Below are positions 49,501 to 61,400 of a stretch of 64,000 bases of DNA, piece by piece. Positions within the stretch are counted from its first letter, which is position 1; every line of letters begins with the position of its first letter. The notes below the pieces were generated by a model, which saw only the letters and a list, made by a program, of their open reading frames with translations, was not told the origin of the DNA and did not search any database. A program made the translations under genes and the position numbers. The stretch comes from Aplysia californica (lineage: Eukaryota): the NCBI RefSeq assembly GCF_000002075.1, contig NW_004797550.1:40242-104241 (forward strand). The letters run 5' to 3'.

Positions 49501-52152
49501 TACGGTAAGCATCCTCTCTTAAAATTCTGTGGGTAAACATTAGGATTCTATTCTAAAAATTTCAACACTTTTCTGTCATGGTAATCTACACACTCCTGTA
49601 TCATAACAACAAACTACACTCTTCGATACTCATCTAATTTAAGGTATTATTCACATGTCAGTACTTCCTAGTATAGGCCATCCATTTGAAAAATAAAACA
49701 ACTTTTTGAAAATAACTTTTGTTAGCATACACACTTGTATTCCCTATCTTGTCCCTGAAATGCTTTGTGTTTATAGCACAGGAAAATGGTTCACATCCAG
49801 CTTCGAATAAGCAACATTCGCTTTGTCTTTGCTGCTGATTAATGAATATTAAATTCTAGCTGATTTACAGCATTAATGCTCCCACGTGGGCAGTGAATCA
49901 AATTAGAAATAAAGAGGTATGTGAAATAAAACCATTATTTATCTTTAAAAATCTCCTTTTGCTTAAGTTTGCCTCAGATATGGGTCGGACCACGAAAGAC
50001 ACTGCCATGTGTACTCTACTAATTTAATTTAGAAGTGTTAGAAAGAAGGGACTGTGCTGCATGTGAGCTAATTTTTTATAGCAGAAAGAAACGCAAAAAT
50101 GGGCACTTTGTCCCAAGGAGAAGTTCCCAAGGATAGGATGCCGCAACTTCAAGAAAGAAGAATTACCTGGAAAAAGATATGAAGATAATTGTTGTTTTAT
50201 AATCTCATAGTCTAATTTGCTAGAGGGAACCAAAAGTTCTTCCTAAAATATCGTTTTGCTATCTAAATGGACAGCCTGTACATTGTGTTTTCTGGAAAAA
50301 GAAGTGAAAACATAATAAATAAACCAATATTATGTTATTTGTCAGCCTTCAAAACTCATGATTTTGTATAGTTGCTTTACTGTTCCTCATTTCTCTTATA
50401 TATCTTAAGGTTGACCCTTTACATTTTATTTCCTCAGAATAGGAACCCTGAATATATCTATGTATATACTATATATAAACATTCCTGCAACTGAGTATAC
50501 ATGATGTAACTGTTAAAACAATTATGAAGGAATGAGATAGTTGCATAGGTCCTCAGTAAAAAAAACCTTAAAAACTAACATGAATATACTTAAAACAAGT
50601 ATGTAAAAAGTGGAACTTTTAGGCATGTGAACATCAGTGTGCGGTAAGAAAAAAATCACCCTGAATTCAACAATAGGAATATCATACTGTCTGTAGGTCT
50701 TCCACGTGATGTGATACTAGGATACTGAAAAGACACAGGCAATATTGTGCTGCACAATGATATATATTAATGATTAATCCTTACACTTTTCTGTACAGTA
50801 ACAATCTCATTTTGAAGAAGGCATAGTATACATAGATTTTGTAACATTCAGTATGTTACCCTACTTTCAGATTCAAACACCTTACAAGAAAGTCCACATT
50901 TTAACACGAACACTTACAATCTAACCGGGGCTACATCCGGAATTACGTACAATGTAAGCCTACATCTATTTACTAAGAATGCTGCAACACCAATCACAAG
51001 GAGGAATAAATACTGTGATCTGATATGTACACTGTTTTCATGAAGGAATCTCCTTCCAAGAACATATAAATGTTTGGCATAGTGGTTGCAAGCGCTCGTC
51101 AAAATAATGAAATCTAAGAAATCATCATTTTTCTCCTGGTCGAAAGCAAGACAAGAGAACAAGCTTTAAGATGATACCAATATCTCACATGCCAAAAAAA
51201 TTGAAGAGCACCTGATCCCACCGCATCGGTACACAAGTTTGCGAGAGGAAGGTAAAGGTGTAGAGAGGACAACGAACAAGCACAACTCCAGAAACGAAAA
51301 GAGAAAGTGGGCCAAGTTCTGGATAAACAGCCACGATTGGAGACATCTGTTACAGTCCTTGAGAAAGGCTGAACATTTCTGTTCTTATTTACAAGCTCAA
51401 AGGGGGATGGTCATACAATATAGGGACTGCACAAACGTCAACTACTAATGAGCAGCCGATAAGTTTTATCAATGAACTCCAAAAAAAATTTCTGCATGAG
51501 CAGTCAAAAATGCATGCTTAGATTTTGACAGTCATAACTATCCCAAAGTATACCCGAGTCGAAAAAGGACAGTTTTAATAATGATGTGCAAAACTAACTG
51601 AACAAGATTTCAATATACAGAGTCATGACTGAGAGCTCTCCTTGAGTTGCCCTTGCAACAAATATGTTCAGCTTTTATGGAAATGTTCAAATATCAAGGA
51701 ACCTCTTGTCAGGAAATTCCCAGAGTTCCAAGAACCTTCAAATGTTGTAGACTTCGTCTTTATTGTGTGAGGGTTAATGCCCCTCCCACTTCAAATTAGA
51801 GGCGATATCAATGAGATTGGGACTCTTTCCAAGACAGTAGACATGCCAAAATCGGTACCATTCTCTAAACTTTTCAGGGTACGAAAAAGAAGAAGAATCA
51901 CCAAAATCCCACCTCAACTACAATTCCATTTGTAATACAGTTAGACGTATTGAGTAGAGCCTACTTGAGAGGGGGAGGGCATAGTAATATCATCCCCTCA
52001 AATGTCTTTCTGAACCTCAAAACAGAATGTTTTCAGATTGTAAGATACGACATTCTTCTTCCCTCCTCAAACCTCTCTCTACTGTTGCCTTCAGTATCCT
52101 AGAGCCCCCACACTCTCAAGTCGGGGTAGAAAACATCCTCACATCTCCTATA
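46600..52152 (-). other. Probable long 3' UTR of FGD (distal end approximate)
   Basis: A/C-skewed on + (U/G-rich on -), contiguous with the stop codon. Confidence 0.45.
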
Positions 52153-52471
52153 TCACTCGCTTACCACCCCATCCACATTATCGTACTGACTGATCCCATC
52201 TGCATTTTCATCATCATCGACTTCATCATCTCCCAGCTCACTGTCCCCGGCAAACTGAGCCAAACTGTTGTTGCTGTCGCCCGGGTAACCCGAGTCAGCC
52301 TGACTGCCTGAGTGTGTGCTGTAGCGATTATCGTTACCATTGTTGTTGTTGTTGTTGTTGATGGTGTTGTCGGAGCAAGAGGAGCCATTGCTGCTATTGG
52401 ACTGAGAGGAAAAGCGAAACGACTGATCGGGTAACTCAGCATGAACAAGTTTCTCCAACACAGACCACCAT
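52153..52471 (-). CDS. FGD: FGD last exon (RWWSVLEKLV..., Asn run, acidic tail, stop)
   Basis: ctgcag acceptor; in-frame to TGA. Confidence 0.9.
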
Positions 52472-55400
52472 CTGCAGATACAAGGAGGGATAAGTCTTAG
52501 CTCACACACAGCATAGGTGCATCAGCAAAATCTCATATCTAACAAAGAAGGGAATGATTCACTGAATATTTGTAAAAAATATATTTTTATTATTATAGCT
52601 TGTCCGTCAATTCTGACGATGACCAATACATCCGCAGAGGAGAATACTTGTCCAGCGAAATAGAAGAGTTAGAAGAAGTAAAGGTAAAATGACTTGTGAT
52701 TTCTGCTGTGCCGATGAGACCAATTCTGGCAGATAAAAAGTTTGCTATATTTGGAACATTTAAAAGCTCCACTTCCACTTGTGGATGTGCACAGCTTGCC
52801 GGCTTTCCTCTTGGTTTCAGCATTTCTTATCTGTGAAGCATATCTCTACTACTATTTGATAACTTTCTTGGATGAGAGAAGTTTATCTTTAATATTTTCG
52901 TATAGCTGAGAGAGTAAGTGAAGTTTATCTTTAATATTTTCGTATAGCTGAGAGAGTAAGTGAAGTTTATCTTTAATATTTTCGTATAGCTGAGAGAGTA
53001 AGTGAAGTTTATCTTTAATATTTTCGTATAGCTGAGAGAGTAAGTGAAGTTTATCTTTAATATTTTCGTATAGCTGAGAGAGTAAGTCTCGAGAGGGACA
53101 AAAGAGGTGCATAGAACAGGAGCATGACAGCCACAAGTTGAAAGAGAATGAGAGCAAGAGACATACCGGACAGTCTAACTGAAAAGAAAGACAGAGAATG
53201 TGAGATATAACTCCCGTTTCACACTAGTACAGATATATGCAGTGCAACATGGTCTAATAACATAACAAAATTCTTTGCTCCTAATCTAACTCCAGGCCTT
53301 TCTGTGTGAATGTTACAAAACTATCAACTTATTTCATTAATTTTTCTGTAAAATACATTCTATTTAAGTTCCATCAGAAAATCCTTCTCAACCCGCCCCC
53401 CAACCATCTCCTAACAAAAGTGTCCATAAAGTATTCTTTCCCTGTCCTGTCTCTCACCTTTTGAATTTCTTCTCATTGTCATGCTGATACACACAAATTT
53501 TCTTGTTCTTGTGCATAAGACAAAACAAGTGCTGTCGTCCCTCCAAGTCTGGAATTCGCTTCAACGTGTAGCCAGGCAGGGGGAGGGAACTGATGGCACT
53601 AATGTCCTGAAAAAAAACCAGGAGTGGAAACATTTCAATTCAGTATCAGTTTTTTTTTCAATTTGGGCTACTATTGGCCCAATATACTCCATAACCATAC
53701 AAAACCATGGCAAACATACCTTTTTTGAATCCTGTGCTTTGAATCAGAAATATCAATTTAAAGTGCTTTTTTTAATGTTTGTATCTTTATACACCATTCC
53801 TCTCTATTTCACGTGGCCACCTTTTCAAAGTTCTGTCTCTTTCCCTTCTGTCAACACAAGTTTACTTACTCACCCTCCTTTTCCCAAATTTCTCAGTCTT
53901 CCCCATCTATCTCTCTTACTCACTTTCTAAACAATCCCTCTCTCCTCCTCTCATTTCCCACTATGATACCTATCTGTATCATCCTTCAACCTCACCCACC
54001 TCTGCTCTTCAGTACATTGGAGACCAGTGGACAGCATACCCTTGACTATCACTTTTGATCCCTTGAGTTTCCCATATATATCCAGTAAAATGTGTGTTCA
54101 CCAGAAGAAACACTCCATAACTAGATCCAAGACATTTTGATTTCCAGCTTGGGGCTGAGAAGACCAAAAATGTAATTTTAGGTCACAAATGTAGTTCATA
54201 AATAGAAGCCCAGTTTAACTTATTTCGGAAGCAAATACTCAAAACGTTTTGATTTGGAACTTACTTCATGAGCACGGAAGGTATATAGAGCAAAATCTTT
54301 GTGTGCCAAGAGCCACAACTTTTGCCAGTTGCGACCTCCGTCCTCACTACACTGGACGTAGCCGGAGATCAGACCTGGCTCACTGGCCTTCACCTGTGGA
54401 GTTGAAGACAAAAGGCAGACCTATAATTAGCACCTTCCGTAATTTCGTGCCAATGTGCTAAATGAAATCATACGTTAACTTATCACCAATGAACTGCATT
54501 CTGTAAATACATATGTCAACCTATGCGTGGGAACAAACTTTTTTCGGCATCATTCCATTCAGCCATCTCGTTTTTCTCACTGATGATAAACAACAGAAAC
54601 AAATTGCACCTCCCTCCCTCATAGACTATAACAAGGATAAAGTAAAGTAAGCAATTACAGATACCCATTTCTACTGGGTGCCATTTTCCTACCTGTGCAA
54701 GAGGAAGGATAAATTAAATAAAGTAAGCAATTTCAAACACCCATTTCTACAGGGTACCATTTTCCTACCTGTAACACGCCTTTCTTCTTGGGGCTCAAGT
54801 CCCCACCCGTGGAATCTGTGGAGTCGGACATTCCCCTTTTGTTGACGATGATGTCGTAGCACGTGAGACAGACCCGCTCAATCTTCCCCTGCCGGTACTC
54901 CAAAGGGGCTTTCTTACAACAAGATTTGCAGATCAGCTGGAGAAGAGGAAAGTATATAAATGATTTGTTTAATTCCTTAAAATTAAATTCTGCTACACTG
55001 CACAAAACAATAGACTTTGAAGTAAAAGCTGTCAGTGCTTCAACTTCAAATCCCAAGTAACAATCTATTCTAGATGGGCAGTTTATTTATTCATTTGTTT
55101 AAGTAGATATACAAAGTCCATTATGCCTCAGAGTTTTTAGAAGAATTGTTTACTTCCTTAAAATTAGTTTCTTACTAGTGGTCTTATGGGGTTTAAATAC
55201 AGAAAAGCACATCTGTCGACCCAATAATCATCATTACTAGGTGTACATGGGAGGGGATATTTTCTTCCCAAGCTACCCCACACATCTAATTGCCTCTACT
55301 CCTCAAGACAACAATAAGAACAGACATGCAGCTATTACCGAATGGCATCATGCAGAAGAGTTAACGCTCAGATGCTACTGGATCGCTAACAACAACAACA

Positions 55401-58400
55401 GGTGTACATGGGAAAAGCAAAATCAACAGACAGACACAACAGAGAGTTTGAAAAGAAGTAGGACCTACCAGTGTCTATTATTGTGTTCTTTATTTTATTC
55501 TTTATTATTATTGTAAAGCACATTGAGCACTTTCTTAGTGGAACTGCATTACAGAAGTGAAATTTATTAATTTATTATTATTATTATAATTACGGTCTAA
55601 AACTCTCTCCAGTGCACATTAGCTCATTGATGTTGCTGAGTGGGAATTTACTGAAGTAAAGTCCAAGAGGAGTCGCCATTATTTTGCATCTTGTTTGGAA
55701 CTATCTCCATTCATCATGAGTCTCAGATGATACAGTCCAGTACTTTTCCTTTGAAATGAATTAAATTGGGTCCAGTAGGGCTTTGAACTTCAACCGCATC
55801 AAGATCACAGTCTCAACCAAACCAGTCTACACTCAAAAGCTAACAAGATACACACCTTGCCACATGAACGACAATGATGTCGTCGTCGCACCATGTTAAA
55901 CGAAAGTTCACACAACATGCACATTGTGGCCGCGTCGTCGGGGATCCACACAGGGGCCGTTTTGCCCAGGCAGCTCTCGGGCACCTGGAGGAACACACAC
56001 ACACACAAGGTCAATAAGAAACATACAGTTGCAAAAGGCATGATCAAGGCCATATTTTGATGACAACAGATCAGAACAAATCCAGATATATATTAAGGGT
56101 ACGAGGAAAAAATAAGAGATGTCAGTTTTGGAATAATTTGTGACATGACAAAGGATTGAAAGTGTTTATTCATCATTTCTGGGCATTCTAATTTGATTCT
56201 GAGAGTCCAGGGCTAAAACTTTATGAGTTGCCCAATACAAGGCTTGGAAAAAAAGCTATGCTATGGAAAAAGGTGGGCTGTCAAGCATTTCATTTTTGTT
56301 TGTCTCAAAATGCCAAAAAGGTGATATCCCTTGTTTTTTCCTCGTTCCCTTCATATTAATGCTGAAAAATAAGGAACAGGCTACGCAAGTGCACCTACCA
56401 ACTGATTATAACATTTAAAATACTTTGTCAAAGTTCTATTCTATTAACAAGGCAGTAGGTACTACAACTTACTATCAGCACAACAACCCTCTCTTGAACT
56501 CTGCAACACTGCACGCACAGAACACTGGACTTGGAAGCTAAAACTGACAAGCCTTTCAACTTCAAACCCAAAGTAACAATCTATTCTAAGGCAGCAGTTT
56601 ATCTATTTATTTGCTTTTGTAGGCAAGAAAGTGCATTATGGCTGAGTTTTTAGAAGTTACTGAGTTTCCTGCCCTTTCATTATCTATAGAATTACATATA
56701 AGCTTATCTTAGAGAAAGGTGCTATATTATAACAAGATGCATCCAACGCTGATAAGATTAAAAACCCTTAAGAATTCTCCATGAAACCTAGATTAATAAA
56801 AAAAAAAAATTTTTTAAGAAATATAAAATTCATACACTAGTCCACTTTCTGACACTTTGAGCCACCCACAGTCAAACCTGCTCTTACAATCATTTGTCCA
56901 AGACAATCACCACGAACGACAATTTCCCACTTTTGTTCGTTTTTGTAAGTGTTTTACGGCGCTCGCAACTGCATAAGGTCATATGAGCGCGCAGGACACA
57001 CCTAATATTTTCAGTTGGTAGGAAATTTTTAATTTTGCCCGGGTGGCGGCCGAAGCCTACTCTTATCGATTTTAGACCACCAAGGGATCTTTAACGTGCA
57101 CAACTTGCACACGGGCCCTCCGAGATTTTTCGCCTTTGTCCGAGAAGGCTAGGTGTAGATCTTTCCTACCAGAAGATCAGGGGTGTGGCTGAAAGACAGC
57201 AGTTAAAAGAAGCGAAGCAGTAGCCGTAGAAAGGCTGCAGAAAGAATCAGGAGCCCACAGGAAGGGGCAAAGGAGGTGAGGGGGTGGGAACAGAAAGAGG
57301 AGGCGAAAGTAGACGACAGAACATTGCTAGAGAGCAGGAAATGGGGTGAAAGGAGACAAATTTAGAGAAGAAAATTTTTCTGTCGCTACCCGGATTCGAA
57401 CCCGGGACCTTTTGAATGAGAGGCCTACACCTTAACCTCTAGGCCACGAGAGCCCCCCATTTCCCATTTTACTGTCCCCTAACACTTTAAAAAATTTTTT
57501 TTTTTTAATTTAATATTATAAACACCCTGTCCAAGAGGATCCCCTGTGTAAAATGAGCACTTTTTTCCTTGACAATGGATGGTCATACTGGACAGGATCA
57601 GCAGTACAAGTCCTTCCTTCACACTACACTCACTGAGGTTAAGTCACACACACAAAAAGAAAAAAGAAATAATAATCCCAAAGTTATTCTTATAACTTGA
57701 AACATTTTACAAAGAGGCGTTGTTCGGAATATTCAGAGAGTTAACTAAGAAAAGTAATTGTATTAATATGGTAATAATAAACATTATGTAGCGTCAAACT
57801 TACTAGAGACATACAAAGACAGGCTATGACTTACACTTGTCTCATGAGCGGGGTATTCACCGAGCTTTGTGTCATCTATCTTGATGGAACGCTTTCGCTT
57901 TCTGTGACTAGCAATCACATCACCAATTTTCTGGAACGTAAAAAGCAAAGGAAAATGTATTAAAGGAAAAGTCGCATTTTCAAATGTCTCCATAATTTGA
58001 TTTTGGTCTGAGAGGCCATAGGTCCCTATAGGGAAACTAAGATCTCATGCCCAAGAAGCAGATTGATTTAGATCCATGGAAATAATTTTAAAAAGTGGGA
58101 AAACTGCCTCCAATTTAATATATCTTCTACATATTGGTTATATCCTTTAAAAAAAAAATTTAATTAGTTGTTACATAGAGATCTAATTTTTTAAAGTACA
58201 CCCACAGATCTTACTGTATTGATGAGTTGAAGCTTATTCAGTTATCAGTATCACATCTGTTATGGACTGGAATGAGCTTGTTTTTAAGTGGTATTCAAAC
58301 TTTGAACAACTCTAAAATGGTTAAACACTTAGCTTGAATCTATATAAAGCGCCTCTGTTCAAAGAAATCATTGAATCAAACTTTCAGAACTGAAAAACGT

Positions 58401-61400
58401 GCTCCAAAGGGGGATGAGCTAAGAAATGAAATCTCTCAGGTAGACAGTAGGCCTACATAGATACAAGAGACAGAAGACATTGACTCGCAATACAACACTC
58501 ACTTTTTCCCAGCCAATTTTCTCTCCATTCGGATTCCTGAAAAGCACCGGATGTAGAGAAAAACATTAAAAAATTGAGTCTACTCACCTATTTTGGCTAT
58601 ATGAAAATATTGCTATACACTGACAGCCTTTAAATTCCCTCTGAGCTGGTGATAAAACCTATTTTCCGACTGGATTGGAGACAATGCAATAATGATTTGC
58701 ACTGTGATTGGCCAAAAAGTACTTTTTTCCAACAAGAATTCAAACTCTGCATGGAAATCAAGCCATTTACACACTAGCAAAGAGTAAATACTTATCAAGA
58801 CAGAAATAGTTCAAACATTTTACTATTTCCCCCTTACTTAGACAGGGTCAAAGATGTTAAATTCATTAAATATTAAAAACAGAAAAAGTCAATCATTTTG
58901 ACATCCACTGAAAAAAAACCCCAATAAAGAAGAGGTTGGGCCTATTAAAACCATTCCTCAATCCTACATCAACAACAACAACAACAACTACAATGATGAC
59001 AAAACCACTCACTCATCTAGCAGCTCGACAGCCTTCTGAGTACTGTGGACCAAGAATGTGTTTTGAATGTGCATGCTGGGGCCCGGACGGAGCTGTGGAA
59101 CAAGCAGACACATTTGTAAGCAACCAAATATAAATTGGGTCTTCCCGAAGTCCAAAGCTAAAAGTTTATAATAATAATAGATAGCATTTGTATAGCGCAA
59201 ACCCCCGCTCCACAGAGGGCTCTTTGTGCTTCACAACCTGTACTATTACCCCAGCAGACCTGAGAGCATTCTGAAACAACCTCAAGTTCCTGGGAAGCAT
59301 ACAGTGCAAGCGGCCATTTATAGGCGCTTAAACACAAACATAATGACAAGATCTTTCACTGTCTATGGCTGGGTACCCATTCCCACCTGGGTGAAGTGGG
59401 GAAAATTTGTGTTGAGTACCTTATACAAAACTGTAACCAAAAGATCTGAAAAAAGTAAAGAAATAATACGTAATATTCTGAATAATTAAGAGAAGTTTGG
59501 AACATACACAAGCGATGTGTGGAGCGGAAACGTAATTCTCCTGAACCATGCTATTCGTACCTCAAATACACAAAAACAAAAGGTACCGTACCTTTCAGGG
59601 CTAGAAACTGTAATAAGCAACAGCATCTATAGAATTCTTTCATACTCATCCCTCTTCTTGCCCAAAGTTCAACTACAGTGTTCAGTACCCCAATCCCCAC
59701 CCCTCCTTCTCCCAACTTCTACTCGACAGCATCAAACATACAGCCTATATATACAATATCTCATCTTCACATACTGCCCAGTCATACACACACAAGGTCC
59801 TTTCTCCTCTCCCCCCCCCCCCCCCCACACCCACCCATAACGCCCTTCCCTCCTCCTATCCATCCACTCAGCCCCACCCCCCCCAAAAAAAATCCCCATT
59901 AATTGCTACTCCGATCCATCCAACCTCTGCCACTCCCAACTTCCATCAATCCCTCCTTGTGGTTGGCTGGCGGGTGCTCTGGTGTGGTTTGCTCTTTCTT
60001 TCCTATCAAACATCTATCATCCTGATCTCTCCTCCTTCTTTTTTGTGTCTGTTGCCCTCTTGTAACACCCTCTAATCTTCGGCACTTATATGACCTTATT
60101 GCAATGCAAGTGCCATAAAACTCTTACTAAAACTAAAACAATCCCCCATCCATCCACTCCCCCCTCCATCCACTCCCTGGAGTGTGTTCTATCTCACCTC
60201 CATACAGTCCACCTCCAGCTGGGACTTGACACCGTAGGTGCCCCCAAAGTACTGGTTGCACACCAACAGAAGGTCGTTGAACTGTGGAGATACAACGTAG
60301 GTCACTATGACACACGACCGACATGACAACACTCTCAATGGGGGCTCTTGTGGCCTAGAGGTTAAGGCGTTGGCCTCTCATTCAAAAGGTCTCGGGTTCG
60401 AATCCGGGTAGCGACCGAAAAATTTTCTTCTCTAAATTTTCTCCTTTCACCTCATTTCCTGCTCTCTAGCAATATTCTGTCGTCTGTTTTCATCTCCTCT
60501 TTCTGCCCCACCCCTCACCTCCTTTGCCCCTTCCTCTGGGCTCCTGATTCTTTCTGCCGCCTTTCTACTGCTACTCCTTCGCTTCTTATTGCTGTCTTTC
60601 AGCCACACCCCTGATCTTCTGGTAGGAAAGATCTACACCTAGCCTTCTCGGACAAGGGCGAAAAGTCTCGGAGGGCTCATGTGCAGGTCGTGCACGTTAA
60701 AGATCCCTTGGTGGTCTAAATTCGATAAGAGTAGGCTTCGGCCGCCACCCCGGCAAAATTAAAAATTTCCTACCAACTAAAAATATTAGGTGTGTCCCGC
60801 GCGCTCATATGACCTTATGCAGTTGCCAGCGCCGTAAAACACTTTACAAAAACAAACAAACTCTCAATGATTAAAGGTGGTCCATCTATCTCTTGTAAGA
60901 CATTTAGAACACAAAGGATTCAAGAGAAATATGGAGAGTTTATTAAGAAAAATATAAAAACTTTTTACTGGAAATAAAAAGTTTGAGTCTATACTAATTA
61001 TGTGTTTTCCAAGAACAGTGGCATCCCCATTATTGTAAATTAAAAATCTATATAATAAATTATATTTATATAAATCTTCACTCCTGCAAGAGAAAAGCTG
61101 AACTTTGAACTAGCTTTACAAGGTGAGCAAAACAANNNNNNNNNNNNNNNNNNNNNNNNNNNNNNNNNNNNNNNNNNNNNNNNNNNNNNNNNNNNNNNNN
61201 NNNNNNNNNNNNNNNNNNNNNNNNNNNNNNNNNNNNNNNNNNNNNNNNNNNNNNNNNNNNNNNNNNNNNNNNNNNNNNNNNNNNNNNNNNNNNNNNNNNN
61301 NNNNNNNNNNNNNNNNNNNNNNNNNNNNNNNNNNNNNNNNNNNNNNCATGTAAAATATCTACATTCACATCATTCATTTCAAACTGTAACATTACTCTCC

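Noticed and set aside
36600-52100. Many 60-120 aa ORFs between the two genes
   Set aside because: No recognisable domains or consistent splice structure; expected by chance in AT-rich UTR sequence.
52879-53087. CRISPR-like array
   Set aside because: Contiguous identical units with no spacers; eukaryotic intron; no cas genes.
60341-60415. tRNA gene (also 57385-57458 on -)
   Set aside because: A and B boxes are present but there is no proper acceptor stem; the sequence continues into a SINE body with tail and TSD.
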